From positions 384,001-448,000 of the forward strand of contig CAWIYV010000007.1 of the NCBI GenBank assembly GCA_963840455.1: a stretch of DNA of 64,000 bases, in the 5' to 3' direction. Each line of letters starts with the position of its first letter. Within the stretch, counting starts at the first letter, position 1. Positions 39,941-50,889 of this stretch are shown here, in pieces. The DNA comes from Nitrospirota bacterium (GTDB lineage: Bacteria; Nitrospirota; UBA9217). The position numbers and the translations under genes were made by a program. Under the pieces are notes generated by a model. That model saw only the letters and a list, made by a program, of their open reading frames with translations. It did no database searches and was not told the DNA's origin.

Positions 39941-42097
39941 ATGACAAACGTCCGTCTTGAAGACATCGTCGAACGGCTCCAGAGCAACAATCCGGAGGCC
40001 GATGTGGACCTGGTGAGGCGCGCCTACATCTTTTCGGCAAAGGCGCACCAGGGACAGATGCGGCTGTCCGGCGAGTCCTACCTCATCCATCCCCTCGACG
40101 TGGCCAAGATCCTTTCGGAGCTTCGGATGGACCCGGCTACCGTTGCGGCTGGGATCCTTCACGACACCATCGAGGACACCACCTCGACCCTCGAGGAGAT
40201 CCGCTCGCTCTTCGGCGACGAAGTGGCCAAGCTCGTGGACGGCATGACGAAGCTTTCGCGCATGGAGCTCCAGAGCCGCGAGGAGCGTGAGGCGCAGAAC
40301 TTCCGCAAGATGATCGTGGCCATGTCCAACGACATCCGAGTCATCCTGATCAAGCTTGCCGACCGGCTCCACAACATGCGCACGCTGACATTCCTCCCTC
40401 CTGAAAAGCAGAAGCGCACCGCCCAGGAGACCCTGGACATCTACGCGCCCCTCGCGAACCGACTGGGGATCCAGAAGTTCAAGACCGAGCTCGAGGACCT
40501 CTCGTTCCGGTATCTGCACCCCGAGGAGTACCGTGACATCGCGGACAAGGTCGCCCAGAAGCGCATGGAGCGTCAGGCCTACATCGATGATCTGATCGAG
40601 ATCGTGAAACGCCAGCTCGCGGAGCACGGCTACAAGGGCGATGTGAAGGGACGGCCCAAACATTTCTACGGCATCTGGCAGAAGATGCAGAAGCAGGGCA
40701 TCTCCTTCGACGACGTCTACGACCTCATCGCGGTGAGGATCATCACGGACAGCAAGGTCAACTGCTACGCCATCCTCGGTCTGATCCACTCCCTCTGGAC
40801 GCCGGTCCCGGGCCGTTTCAAGGATTTCATCGGCGTTCCGAAGTCGAACTTGTACCAGTCGCTCCACACAACGGTCATCGGCCCCAAGGGCGAGCGCGTG
40901 GAGTTCCAGATCCGCACCGAGGAAATGCACCGCCTCGCCGAGGAAGGCATCGCCGCGCACTGGCGGTACAAGGAAAAGTCCGCCATGAGCCAGAGCGAGG
41001 AGCAGCAGTTCGCCTGGCTCCGCCAGCTCCTGGAGTGGCAGAGCGACCTGACCGACGCCAAAGAGTTCATGGACACGGTCAAGGGAGACCTCTTCCCGGA
41101 CATGGTCTATATCTTCACCCCCAAGGGCGACGTGCGGGAGCTGCCGCAGGGCTCCACGCCGGTGGACTTCGCCTATGCCGTGCACACCGATATAGGCCAC
41201 CAGTGCGTGGGCGCCAAGATCAACGGGAAGATCGTGCCGCTCAAACACGTGCTCCGGAACGGCGACCGGATCGAGATCATCACGCAGACCGGCCACACAC
41301 CGAGCCGCGACTGGCTTAAGTTCGTCAAGACCTCCAAGGCCCGCACAAGGATCAAGGCGTGGGTCAAGACCGAAGAACGCCGGAGGAGCATCCTGCTCGG
41401 CAAGGAACTGCTCGAAAAGGACCTGCGCAAGCACGACCTGAATCCCTCGAAGGTCTTCAAGTCCGACGACATCCATCGCGTGGCCCACGAGCTGTCCAGC
41501 AATACGGTCGAGGACATGCTCGCGGCCATCGGCTACGGCAAGATGTCGGCGCACATGGTGGCGAACAAGCTGGCGCCTGACCGGCCCCATGTGGAGCCCC
41601 TGCCGAAGAAGCCGCACAAGAAGCCGGCTCAGGAGCGAAAAGGCGCCGGCACCGGCATGAACATCAGCGGCATGGACAGCATGCTGTTCCATCTTTCCAA
41701 GTGCTGCAATCCCGTGCCCGGAGACCGCGTGGTGGGGTTCATCACGCGCGGACGGGGCATTTCCATTCATACGACGGACTGCCCGAACGTCTCCGACCTC
41801 GCGCTCGACCGCGAGCGGGTCGTCGAGGTGTCCTGGGGCGATTTTCAGCCCACGGCCCACGAGGTAAAGATCTCCGTGAGGACTGCGGACAAACCGGGCC
41901 TGCTGGCGAACGTCTCGTCGTCCATCAGCGCGGCTGAAGCGAACATCACCCACGCCGAGGTCACCACCGACAAGGACAAACAAGCCACCCTCAACTTCAC
42001 CATCGACATCAAGGACGTGGAGCACCTGAACCGCATCATCAAGTCGATCGAGGGCGTCGACGGGGTAATGGACGTCCGGCGGGTGAAGGCGGGATGA
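39941..42097 (+). CDS. relA: Bifunctional (p)ppGpp synthetase/hydrolase (Rel/SpoT)
   Basis: HDTIED HD motif, KLADRLHNMRT, YQSLHT, EFQIRT, TGS and ACT domains. Confidence 0.96.
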   Translation: MTNVRLEDIVERLQSNNPEADVDLVRRAYIFSAKAHQGQMRLSGESYLIHPLDVAKILSELRMDPATVAAGILHDTIEDTTSTLEEIRSLFGDEVAKLVDGMTKLSRMELQSREEREAQNFRKMIVAMSNDIRVILIKLADRLHNMRTLTFLPPEKQKRTAQETLDIYAPLANRLGIQKFKTELEDLSFRYLHPEEYRDIADKVAQKRMERQAYIDDLIEIVKRQLAEHGYKGDVKGRPKHFYGIWQKMQKQGISFDDVYDLIAVRIITDSKVNCYAILGLIHSLWTPVPGRFKDFIGVPKSNLYQSLHTTVIGPKGERVEFQIRTEEMHRLAEEGIAAHWRYKEKSAMSQSEEQQFAWLRQLLEWQSDLTDAKEFMDTVKGDLFPDMVYIFTPKGDVRELPQGSTPVDFAYAVHTDIGHQCVGAKINGKIVPLKHVLRNGDRIEIITQTGHTPSRDWLKFVKTSKARTRIKAWVKTEERRRSILLGKELLEKDLRKHDLNPSKVFKSDDIHRVAHELSSNTVEDMLAAIGYGKMSAHMVANKLAPDRPHVEPLPKKPHKKPAQERKGAGTGMNISGMDSMLFHLSKCCNPVPGDRVVGFITRGRGISIHTTDCPNVSDLALDRERVVEVSWGDFQPTAHEVKISVRTADKPGLLANVSSSISAAEANITHAEVTTDKDKQATLNFTIDIKDVEHLNRIIKSIEGVDGVMDVRRVKAG

Positions 42098-42099
42098 GA

Positions 42100-42148
42100 G
42101 ACAGAAGACAGAAGACAGAAGACAGGAGTCAGAATTCAGGAGACAGGA
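42100..42148 (+). repeat. Seven tandem heptamers (GACAGAA/GACAGGA)
   Basis: GACAGAA x3, GACAGGA, GTCAGAA, TTCAGGA, GACAGGA. Confidence 0.85.
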
Positions 42149-42160
42149 GAACGGAAAATT

Positions 42161-42541
42161 GTGAAAAAGATAATTAGAACCACTGACGCGCCGCAGGCCA
42201 TCGGGCCCTATTCCCAAGCAGTCGAGGCGAATGGGTTCGTATTCGTGTCAGGGCAGATCCCGCTCGACCCGAAGACCGGCTATCTCGCCCCAGGGGGCAT
42301 TCGGGAGCAGATGAAGCAGGTGATGGAGAACGGGAAGGCGATCCTCGCGGCCGCGGGATGCGGCATGGGCCAGGTGGTCAAGACGACGATCTATCTCAGG
42401 AACATCGGTGACTTCGCCGCGGTGAACGAGGTCTATGGCAGTTACTTCCCGGCAGAACCTCCCGCCCGGGCGACTGTCGAGGTCTCGCGGCTTCCCAAGG
42501 AATCAGAGGTCGAGATCGACCTCATCGCGGTGAAAGCATGA
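42161..42541 (+). CDS. ridA: RidA/YjgF enamine deaminase
   Basis: APQAIGPYSQA, SGQIP, PARATVEVSRLPK. Confidence 0.93.
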   Translation: MKKIIRTTDAPQAIGPYSQAVEANGFVFVSGQIPLDPKTGYLAPGGIREQMKQVMENGKAILAAAGCGMGQVVKTTIYLRNIGDFAAVNEVYGSYFPAEPPARATVEVSRLPKESEVEIDLIAVKA

Positions 42542-42677
42542 TCTCAGATCTGAAATTTGAGATTTGAGATGAAGGGCCTCTAAAGGACAGCGTTATCTAA
42601 ACTATACTACTCGAACTCCTGACAAGTCGAAGAAGTCGAAGAGAATTTTCAAAGAAGCCCTGAAACGATCCCGCCGC

Positions 42678-43460
42678 CTATTTCTTCTTGTGTTCATGGC
42701 TGTTGATGTGGTCCATGCAGTATCCCAAGCCTCCGCAGTCCGGGCAGTAGCGGAAATCCATGTCCGGGTGCGTCACATCGGTCTTCCCGCATGATGCGCA
42801 CCGGTGGAACGCCTCGCGCGTACCGGTCAACGCCTTTGCCTGCTCCGCCATCCTCTGCTTTCCCGTCCTCATCTTCCACCAGATGTCCCTGCCGAAGAAC
42901 AGGAAAAAATTGCCGATCGAGGCAACGATGAGCAGCCGCGTCGACCAATCGCCGGAAATGAATGAGATCCCGTACCCGACCCAGGCGAGGAGCGCGAGCC
43001 ATTTGACCTTCACCGGGAGGATGAAGAAAATATAGAATTGGAAATCGGGATAGAGCGCGGCGAAGGCAAGGAACACGGAACCGCCGATGAAAATATTGTT
43101 CGCTGACTGGTAGGGGGTCAGGAACGAGAACGCGACCGTGGCAATGTATCCGGTAAGCAGGAAAACATTGTACCGAAACGCGCCCCAGTGGCCTTCCAGC
43201 GCGCCGCCCATGAGGTAGAACACATAGAGGGCGAAAAAGATGAAGAACAGGCTCGCGCTCGGCGGAATAAAGGGGAAGGTGAGCAGCCGCCACCACTCTC
43301 CCGCGAGCACCCGTGCCGGTATCAGCAGGGCGCGGCCGATATCAAGCTTTCCCGAATAGGCGAAGAGATAGAGGAATGCCTGGCCGATAATGATGGCGGT
43401 CGTGACATTGGGGACGGCGTAGCGTCCGAACTTCCGTTCGAGCTTATCTAGGAATGCCAT
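42678..43460 (-). CDS. Rhomboid/Derlin-like membrane protein with C-terminal Cys/His finger
   Basis: GEWWRLLTF; multiple TMs; CASC...CPDC...C..H. Confidence 0.6.
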   Translation of the reverse strand: MAFLDKLERKFGRYAVPNVTTAIIIGQAFLYLFAYSGKLDIGRALLIPARVLAGEWWRLLTFPFIPPSASLFFIFFALYVFYLMGGALEGHWGAFRYNVFLLTGYIATVAFSFLTPYQSANNIFIGGSVFLAFAALYPDFQFYIFFILPVKVKWLALLAWVGYGISFISGDWSTRLLIVASIGNFFLFFGRDIWWKMRTGKQRMAEQAKALTGTREAFHRCASCGKTDVTHPDMDFRYCPDCGGLGYCMDHINSHEHKKK

Positions 43461-43480
43461 ACGTGCTCCAATAAAATAGA

Positions 43481-43577
43481 TTTTAACCGCGAAGGCGCCA
43501 AGGACGCGAAGGTCGAAGAGATCGCTTCGTGCTTATCTTAATGCTTTTCTTCGCGCTCTTCGCGTCTTTGCGGTAAA
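43481..43577. repeat. Inverted pair of nonamer-period repeats
   Basis: ACCGCGAAGGCGCCAAGGACGCGAAG ... CTTCGCGCTCTTCGCGTCTTTGCGGT. Confidence 0.7.
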
Positions 43578-43864
43578 GCATCTCCTGGGTTTTTCTTTAA
43601 GATGACGATCGTCGCTCCCCAGCCGCCCGCTTCTTCGCCCGCCAGCCGGAATGATGCCACCTCGGGCATACGCGAAAGCATCGCATGCACGGTCTCACGC
43701 AGCGCACCGATGCCTTTGCCATGGATGATGCGGACTTGGAGGATGCCTTTTTTGCGGCATTCGGTCAGATAATCAGGCACCAGGTCCTTCACATCTTCAG
43801 GCCGGAACGTGTGCAGGTCGAGTGTTCCGTCGACCGGCAGTTCGTGAGGGCTATCGTGGTCCAT
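43538..43864 (-). CDS. Smr/MutS2 domain protein
   Basis: LDLH, RIIHGKGIGALR, GGWGAT. Confidence 0.9.
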   Translation of the reverse strand: MDHDSPHELPVDGTLDLHTFRPEDVKDLVPDYLTECRKKGILQVRIIHGKGIGALRETVHAMLSRMPEVASFRLAGEEAGGWGATIVILKKNPGDALPQRREEREEKH

Positions 43865-43953
43865 GGGAAGCTCTTTTGCTGGCCGATGAAATTTGTTTCA
43901 TTGCGGCCGCTCGTGGATTCAAGATATTCCCAGTTGACCGGAAGATGCGATCC

Positions 43954-44349
43954 TCAGCGGGCCCACGCGTCATCGGAGCCCTTTTCCTGCAGGGCCGTGA
44001 AGATCATGTCCAGCACTTCCTGCTGTTTCGCCTCGAACTTGTTCAGCACGCCGAGGCAGCTCCCCATCGGGAACCGCTTGTGCAGATAGTCGGCGTCGCG
44101 TCCGGAAAAGATGATGATGCGGTTCCTGGCGATCCCCTTGCTGACAGCATAGGCCAGGACCTTGGCGCCGTCAAGCCCCGGCATCTCGAGGTCGATGAGC
44201 AGCAGGTCGAGGTCCGTGGTGATGGAGGCCAGGCAATGCACCGGATCATCGCAGGTCAGGACGGTGAGTCCCGGGAACCGGTGGCGGATGTGGTCCCGGA
44301 CAAGGTCCAGAAAGGAATCTTCGTCGTCGATGATCAGGACCTTTCCCAT
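43954..44349 (-). CDS. Response regulator receiver protein
   Basis: VLIIDDE, IDLEMPGLDG. Confidence 0.82.
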   Translation of the reverse strand: MGKVLIIDDEDSFLDLVRDHIRHRFPGLTVLTCDDPVHCLASITTDLDLLLIDLEMPGLDGAKVLAYAVSKGIARNRIIIFSGRDADYLHKRFPMGSCLGVLNKFEAKQQEVLDMIFTALQEKGSDDAWAR

Positions 44350-44358
44350 GTACGCGTC

Positions 44359-45195
44359 TCACCCGTTGAGCGAACGGACGAACTGCTCGGCGGTCCGGCC
44401 GTTCCTGCCCCCGGATTCCAATGCCCACTGGATGGCCATTCGGTGCAGTTCACCGGCGTCCCTGGAGATGCCGTAGTGCCGCGCGTAGAGGTCGACGATC
44501 TCCAGATAGGTCCCTTCGGAGATGTGATAGAAGCCGAGGCGGATGCCGAACCGGTCGGCGAGCGAGACCTTCTCCTCCACCGTGTCGGAAGGCCGGATGT
44601 CGTCGCTGTCGTTGTCCGAGAACCGCGTCGGGACCAGGTGCTTCCGGTTCGAGGTCGCGTAGAACAGCAGGTTGTCCGGCATCTGCTCCAGCCCGCCGTC
44701 CATGACGGTCTTCATCTCCTGGTAGTCGGTCTGCTCCTCCTCGAAGGACAGGTCGTCTATGAAGATGATGAACCGGCGGGAGGAATGGGCGGCAATGAGG
44801 TCGTACAGCGCCTGGACCGTCAGGATGTCATGCTTGAGCACCTGCACCATCCGCAGGCCGGTCCCGGCGAACGCCGTGAGGAGCGACTTCACGAGCGAGG
44901 ACTTGCCGGTGCCGCGTTCGCCCCAGAGGAGAACATTGTTGGCCCTCGAGCCGGCGAGGAAACGCCGCGTATTGCCCAGTACCCGGTCCTTCTGGCCATC
45001 GATCCCGAGGAGCATTGCAGGGTCCAGCCGGACGGGCCTCTTGACGGGCAGGAGGCTCCTGCTTTTCCCTTCCCACTGGAACGCCTCATGGCCGGCGATA
45101 TCTGCTTCAGTGGGCCGATGGACGATATACTCGTCCAGAAGTCGGTCCAATTTGGAGAAAGCGCTCGTAATGGCGGGATGTTTGTCGAGGTCCAT
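44359..45195 (-). CDS. DUF815 AAA+ ATPase
   Basis: NNVLLWGERGTGKSS, DDLSFE, YATSNRKHL, EEKVSLADRFG, GRTA.QF. Confidence 0.88.
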   Translation of the reverse strand: MDLDKHPAITSAFSKLDRLLDEYIVHRPTEADIAGHEAFQWEGKSRSLLPVKRPVRLDPAMLLGIDGQKDRVLGNTRRFLAGSRANNVLLWGERGTGKSSLVKSLLTAFAGTGLRMVQVLKHDILTVQALYDLIAAHSSRRFIIFIDDLSFEEEQTDYQEMKTVMDGGLEQMPDNLLFYATSNRKHLVPTRFSDNDSDDIRPSDTVEEKVSLADRFGIRLGFYHISEGTYLEIVDLYARHYGISRDAGELHRMAIQWALESGGRNGRTAEQFVRSLNG

Positions 45196-45207
45196 GTCAG
45201 TTCCCTG

Positions 45208-45873
45208 CTAGGCCAGAGCTTCGCTGTTGATCGTTCTGACCTGTGCTGCAGCGTCGAACACCGCGACGAGCCGTTCTCCGTTCACCAGCTCTGCGCTGAC
45301 GGTGTCTCCTGTTTCGGCCGCCGGGATCCCCCGGGCCCGGAAATAGGACAGCAGGGCGTTCCGGTGGTTGAAATCATAGCGCGATGCCAGATCGGCCAGT
45401 TGCCGGACAAGGCCCCGGCGGTCGAACACCAGCTGGTCGTCCAGGGCGATGCCGGACAGGAGCAGGAAGAGCGTGCCCCCCTCGTAGGGGTCCCGGTAGA
45501 AGCCGCTCGCCCTGCAGATCTCCGAGGCGATCAGCGAGAGCATGGTCCCGTCCGCCCGGTCGAGGTCAACGGCAGGGAGGGTGAGCTCCTGCACGCCTTC
45601 TTTCTCGCCCCAAGCCCTTAATTCACGCGCCGATAGGAGGAGATTGGGCGGGACTTCCGTCTGTTCCTCGGCCCACGCCCACAGCCAGGTGAGCGAATTT
45701 TCCGATTCGGTCCCGAGAACCTGGAACGGGAAGACGAGGCTGTCGCTGAATCGCGCCGTCCCCGCGTCGAGGTCTAAGTCTAGGATGTGCTCGCCTAGGA
45801 AAGAAACAAGGCGCGCCTGCTTTTCCAGTGATACAAGGGCGTATCGTTCAAAATATCGTTTCAGGTTGCTCAT
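45208..45873 (-). CDS. DUF6882-like hypothetical protein
   Basis: QVLGTES....TWLWAWA pattern. Confidence 0.55.
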   Translation of the reverse strand: MSNLKRYFERYALVSLEKQARLVSFLGEHILDLDLDAGTARFSDSLVFPFQVLGTESENSLTWLWAWAEEQTEVPPNLLLSARELRAWGEKEGVQELTLPAVDLDRADGTMLSLIASEICRASGFYRDPYEGGTLFLLLSGIALDDQLVFDRRGLVRQLADLASRYDFNHRNALLSYFRARGIPAAETGDTVSAELVNGERLVAVFDAAAQVRTINSEALA

Positions 45874-45995
45874 GGTGTTCGACCGCACAGGCAGGACGTA
45901 CGCGAATGGGACACTATAGCCATATTTCCGGGAATTTGCAAGTTCGGGGGATGACTGAGGGCCGGCCACGGGAGTGCCGGGGCCAGGGGACATGA

Positions 45996-46925
45996 TCAGG
46001 CGGATTCCGAGCGGTTCCTGCCGTTCTTCTTCGCGCTGTACATGGCTAGGTCGGCGGCGTGGAGCATCTTGTCCCGACTGTCAATGTCGGGGTCGGGTAT
46101 GCCGGCGACGCCGATACTGACAGTGATCTTCTTGCCCGGCATGCCGGTAAAGGAGTGGTTGGCGATCGCCTTCCGCACCCGTTCCGCTGCTCGCAGGCCG
46201 TTCTCTCTGGTCGTGTTCGGGCTCAGGATCACGAACTCCTCGCCGCCCCATCGGGCGGGGGTGTCCACTTCGCGGATGGTTGATTGGATCACCTGGGCAA
46301 GCTCCCTGAGCACTATGTCGCCGTCTTGGTGGCCGAGAGTATCGTTGACCGTTTTGAAGTGGTCGATGTCGATCATGAGCAGGCTCAGGGGAAGCTGGTA
46401 CCGCGAGGCCCGTTTGAACTCGTTCGAGAAGATGGTCTCGAAGCGCCTCCGGTTGTACAAGCCGGTCAGCTGGTCCATGATCGCCAGGCTCTCGACGCGG
46501 GTGAGCATGTCCTCGAGCTGGCGGTTCTTCTGTTTAAGCTCGTCCTGATTGGTCTTGGCCCGCAGGCGCACATAGATGCGCGCGTTGAGCTCGGCCTCGT
46601 CGAAGGGTTTGGGAAGATAGTCGTCGGCGCCGGCCTCGAGGCCGGAAACCTTGTCGGACATCTCACCCTTGGCGGTCAACATGATGACGGGGATGTCGCG
46701 GGTGGCGTGGTCGAGCTTGAGCCAGCGGCAGACGTCACTGCCGTCGATGTCGGGCAGGATGCGGTCGAGCAGAATGATGTCGGCGTTGACGGTCTTGGCG
46801 GCCTTGAATGCAGACATGCCGTCCTCGACGGTGGAAACGCGGTATCCGTTCCGTTCCAGGTAGTCCTTGATGATCGAGGCCTGAGCCTTATTGTCCTCGA
46901 CCAGTAGTATATGCGCTTTTGACAT
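45996..46925 (-). CDS. Response-regulator diguanylate cyclase (REC-GGDEF)
   Basis: REC domain; DQLTGLYNRR, DIDHFK, REVD I-site, RWGGEEF. Confidence 0.92.
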   Translation of the reverse strand: MSKAHILLVEDNKAQASIIKDYLERNGYRVSTVEDGMSAFKAAKTVNADIILLDRILPDIDGSDVCRWLKLDHATRDIPVIMLTAKGEMSDKVSGLEAGADDYLPKPFDEAELNARIYVRLRAKTNQDELKQKNRQLEDMLTRVESLAIMDQLTGLYNRRRFETIFSNEFKRASRYQLPLSLLMIDIDHFKTVNDTLGHQDGDIVLRELAQVIQSTIREVDTPARWGGEEFVILSPNTTRENGLRAAERVRKAIANHSFTGMPGKKITVSIGVAGIPDPDIDSRDKMLHAADLAMYSAKKNGRNRSESA

Positions 46926-47269
46926 GCTGCAGCAGTCCCCCCGTTGGCCGATCACCTATGCTCACAGCTCGGTCGATGTGTCACGAATTATGTCATATTG
47001 AGGAAAAAAAAACAAGATGAATCAGTGAAGGCAAAAAAAACGGTGGACAAAGAAATGCCAGTATAAATAGTGTCTTTGTTATCTTTTCTCCGTGAACTCA
47101 GGGACCTCTGTGGCAAAGCATTTAATGCTCTCGTGAGCAACTGCAAGTGAAATTTTCTGTCGTGCCTTTGTCCGGCTTTTCTCGCTCCCTTGCGGTGCAA
47201 GGTCTTCAGTCTGCGTGTTGTCAAGATCGTCCGAGACGTCAGATGGCAGGGCTAAAAGGGGAGGGCACG

Positions 47270-50200
47270 TCAGTTCAGGGATACCGACCCGTCACCCAGG
47301 AGGATTTCGATCTCACTGATGAGCTGGTCCGAGGGGGTAACGCGGATATCCCTCCCCACGGAGATGAGGGAGTCCTTGCGGGAGGGGTTCTGGAGGCGGA
47401 GGAAGACGGGGATGTCGCCCTTGTAGCGGAGCAGGATGTCCTTGACCTTCAGGAGGTCGTCCTGGGTGAGGCCAGTGGCGCTCAGGCGGATGTCCATCCG
47501 GGTGGTTCCCCGTTTCTTCACATCGGCGAGGAGATGGAGCCTCGTGGCCTTGATCTTGTTGCCCTGTTCGCTCTTGTCGAACAGCCCTGCCACGATGAGC
47601 GGCGTGTCGGTCAGGAGCATATGGCTTGCCGTCGCGTAGAGGTCGGGAAAGACGATGACCTCCACGGTCCCGGTCAGGTCCTCGAGGTTGATGATTGCCA
47701 TCTTGTCGCCCCGCTTCGTGACCTTCTGTTTCAGGCCCGCGATGATGCCGCAGATGGAGATCTCCTTGCCATCGGGGACGCCTTCCAGCGTCTCCGTGGT
47801 GTGCGAGGCATAGCGCTTCATGTCCGCCTGGAATGCCGCGAGGGGGTGGCCGGTGATGTAGAACCCGACGCTTTCCTTCTCGAATGCCAGGAGCTGGCTC
47901 TCCTTCCACTCCGGGACATTCGGCAGGTCCGGGTCCTTCTTCTCGTCCATGGCGTCAAAGATGCTGGACTGGCCGATGGCCTCCTGCTCCTGGTGACGGG
48001 AGGCCTGGTCCATCAGCATGTCGATGGCTTCCATCATCTGGGCCCGCCGCGCGCCGGTCCCGTCGAAGGCGCCGCACTTGATGAGCGCCTCGATGACGCG
48101 GCGGTTCACCCTGCGTTGATCGACCTTCCGGCAGAAATCGGCCAGAGACGTGAATGATCCTTTGGCCTCCCGGGCCTCGATCATGGCCTCGATGGCCGAG
48201 AGACCGACGTTCTTCACCGCGGCAAGGCCGAACCTGACCGAGCCAATGGTGCTGCCCGGCTCGACGGTGTCGCGTTCGTGGGCCTCGACGACCGTGAAGT
48301 CCCAGCGGCTCTCGTTCACGTCCGGCGGCAGGATGGTGATCCCCATCTGGCGCGCCTCGTAGATGTACTTCACCACCTTGTCCGTGTCCTGGACCTCGCT
48401 CGTGAGCAGAGCGGCCATGTACTCCACGGGGTAGTGGGTCTTGAGGTATGCCGTTTGGTACGAAATGAGGGCGTAGGCCGCGCTGTGGGACTTGTTGAAG
48501 CCGTACTCGGCGAACTTGGCCATGAGGTCGAAGATCGCCTCGGCCTTCTTCGGATCGATGCCCTGCTTCTTCGCTCCCTCGATGAACGGCACCTTCTCCT
48601 TCTTCATGACCTCCGGGTCCTTCTTGCCCATGGCCCGGCGCAGCAGGTCCGCGCCGCCGAGGGAATAACCCGCGAGTGTCCTGGCTATCTGCATCACCTG
48701 TTCCTGATAGACGATGACGCCATAGGTGTCCTTCAGGATCGGCTCGAGCTGCGGGAGGTCATAGACGATCCTGGTCGAGCCCTTCTTGCGCTTGATGAAG
48801 TCGTCCACCATGCCGCTGTTCAGCGGGCCGGGGCGGTAGAGCGCGAGCAGGGCGATGATGTCCTCGAAGCACTGGGGCTTCATCTTGAGGACCAGGTCCC
48901 GCATGCCCGACGATTCAAGCTGGAAGATGCCGGCCGTGTCGCCTCGGCCGAGATAGTCGTAGGTCTTCTGATCGTCGAGGGGCAAGCGGCTGACGGAGAA
49001 GGGCTCCTGTCGGGCGAGAGGGGCCTTCTGGCGCCGCAGGTCGATAAGCTCCTCCGCCTTCCGGATGACCGTGAGATTGCGGAGGCCCAGAAAGTCGAAC
49101 TTCACGAGGCCGATCTTCTCGACGCCCTTCATGTCGAACTGCGTCATGACCTCGTCCTTGGCGGTCTTGTAGAGCGGCAGGTATTCGGTGAGCGGCTCCT
49201 GGGAGATGACCACGCCGGCAGCATGCTTGGACGCATGGCGCACCTGGCCCTCGAGGTGCAGGGCGATCTCCATGAGCTCGGCCATGCGTGGGTCCTTTTT
49301 CGCGGCCTCCTTCAGCTTCGGCTCCTGTTCCATGGCCTTCTGGAGCGAGATGTTCAGTACGTTCGGCACCAGTTTGGCGACCCTGTCCACCTCGGCGTAG
49401 GGGATGTCGAGCACCCGGCCCACGTCGCGGATCACACCCTTGGCCATCATGGTCCCGTAGGTGATGATCTGGGTCACATGGTCCGGCCCGTACTTCTCGG
49501 TGACGTATTTGATGACCTCGTCGCGCCGGTCCTGACAGAAGTCCACGTCGATGTCCGGCATGCTGATGCGCTCGGGGTTCAGGAACCGCTCGAACAGGAG
49601 GTTGTAGGGGATAGGATCGAGGTCGGTGATCCGGAGGCTGTAGGCGACCAGGCTCCCGGCGGCGGAGCCGCGGCCCGGGCCGACCGGGATGCCGTGCTCC
49701 CGGGCGTAGCGGATGAAGTCCCAGACGATCAGCAGATAGCCGGGGAAGCCCATCCGTTCGATCATCTGGATCTCGGCCTCGAGCCGCTGTTGGTAGGCCT
49801 CGCGGTCGATGCTGCCGGGCCCGCGCACGGCCTCGATCTCGGCAAACCGTTCGTGGAGGCCCGTGCGGGCAAGCTCAGCCATGTAGGTCTCGCGTGTGTA
49901 GCCTTCAGGGACCGGGAAGTTGGGGAGGTGGTACTTGCCCAGCTCCAGGTCGATGCTGCACCGCTCGGCGATCCGAATGGTGTTCGTGATGGCCTCGGGG
50001 ACATGGGAGAAGGCCTTCTTCATCTCCTCGGGCGTCTTCATGTAAAAGGTCTCGGAAGAGAACTTGAGCCGCTTCTCGTCTTTCACCAGCTTGCCCTGGT
50101 TGATGCAGAGCAGGGCGTCGTGGGATTTGTGGTCCTCCATATTCAGGTAGTGACAGTCATTCGTGGCAACGAGGGGCAGGCCGGTCTCCTGGCCCAGGCG

Positions 50201-50794
50201 GATGAGCTCGCGGTTCACCTGCTCCTGCTCGGGGATGCCGTTGTCCTGGAGCTCGAGGTAGAAGTTGTCCTTGCCCAGGATGTCCTGGTACTCAAGGGCC
50301 GCCTTCTTCGCGTCGTCGTACCGTCTGGCGTTCAGGAGGCGGGGGACTTCGCCGCCCAGACAGGCGGACAGGCCGATGAGGCCGTCATGGTGCTTCCGGA
50401 GCAGCTCCTTGTCGATGCGCGGCTTGTAGTAGAACCCTTCCAGGTAGGCGGCCGTGACCAGCTTCACGAGGTTCTTGTAGCCCTTGTTGTTCCGGGCCAG
50501 GAGGATGAGGTGGAAGGCGTAGGTGTCCTCGTCCTGCGAGCCAGTGGCAATGGACTTCTCGAACCGCGAGCCCGGGGCCACGTAGGTCTCGCAGCCGATG
50601 ATGGGCTTGATCCCACCCTTGAGCGCCTTCTGGTAGAAGTCGAGGACCGAGAAGAGGTTGCCGTGGTCCGTGACCGCAACCGCCGGCATCTTAAGCTCAA
50701 CAGCCTTCTTGATGAGGTTGTCAATGCTGATGGCGCCGTCAAGCAGGCTATATTCGGTGTGGAGATGAAGGTGGACGAAATCGGCGTGATGCAT
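47270..50794 (-). CDS. dnaE: DNA polymerase III alpha subunit
   Basis: FVHLHLHTEYSLLDG, GRGSAAGS, MPDIDVDF, KFDFLGL, YGFNKSH. Confidence 0.97.
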   Translation of the reverse strand: MHHADFVHLHLHTEYSLLDGAISIDNLIKKAVELKMPAVAVTDHGNLFSVLDFYQKALKGGIKPIIGCETYVAPGSRFEKSIATGSQDEDTYAFHLILLARNNKGYKNLVKLVTAAYLEGFYYKPRIDKELLRKHHDGLIGLSACLGGEVPRLLNARRYDDAKKAALEYQDILGKDNFYLELQDNGIPEQEQVNRELIRLGQETGLPLVATNDCHYLNMEDHKSHDALLCINQGKLVKDEKRLKFSSETFYMKTPEEMKKAFSHVPEAITNTIRIAERCSIDLELGKYHLPNFPVPEGYTRETYMAELARTGLHERFAEIEAVRGPGSIDREAYQQRLEAEIQMIERMGFPGYLLIVWDFIRYAREHGIPVGPGRGSAAGSLVAYSLRITDLDPIPYNLLFERFLNPERISMPDIDVDFCQDRRDEVIKYVTEKYGPDHVTQIITYGTMMAKGVIRDVGRVLDIPYAEVDRVAKLVPNVLNISLQKAMEQEPKLKEAAKKDPRMAELMEIALHLEGQVRHASKHAAGVVISQEPLTEYLPLYKTAKDEVMTQFDMKGVEKIGLVKFDFLGLRNLTVIRKAEELIDLRRQKAPLARQEPFSVSRLPLDDQKTYDYLGRGDTAGIFQLESSGMRDLVLKMKPQCFEDIIALLALYRPGPLNSGMVDDFIKRKKGSTRIVYDLPQLEPILKDTYGVIVYQEQVMQIARTLAGYSLGGADLLRRAMGKKDPEVMKKEKVPFIEGAKKQGIDPKKAEAIFDLMAKFAEYGFNKSHSAAYALISYQTAYLKTHYPVEYMAALLTSEVQDTDKVVKYIYEARQMGITILPPDVNESRWDFTVVEAHERDTVEPGSTIGSVRFGLAAVKNVGLSAIEAMIEAREAKGSFTSLADFCRKVDQRRVNRRVIEALIKCGAFDGTGARRAQMMEAIDMLMDQASRHQEQEAIGQSSIFDAMDEKKDPDLPNVPEWKESQLLAFEKESVGFYITGHPLAAFQADMKRYASHTTETLEGVPDGKEISICGIIAGLKQKVTKRGDKMAIINLEDLTGTVEVIVFPDLYATASHMLLTDTPLIVAGLFDKSEQGNKIKATRLHLLADVKKRGTTRMDIRLSATGLTQDDLLKVKDILLRYKGDIPVFLRLQNPSRKDSLISVGRDIRVTPSDQLISEIEILLGDGSVSLN

Positions 50795-50889
50795 AGAGAT
50801 CCAGATAACAAGATTACCACGGAGGCACGGAGACACAGAGAACTGCAAGGACCGCGGAATGTCAAGACTCGTGGTTCAAGGATGAGAAT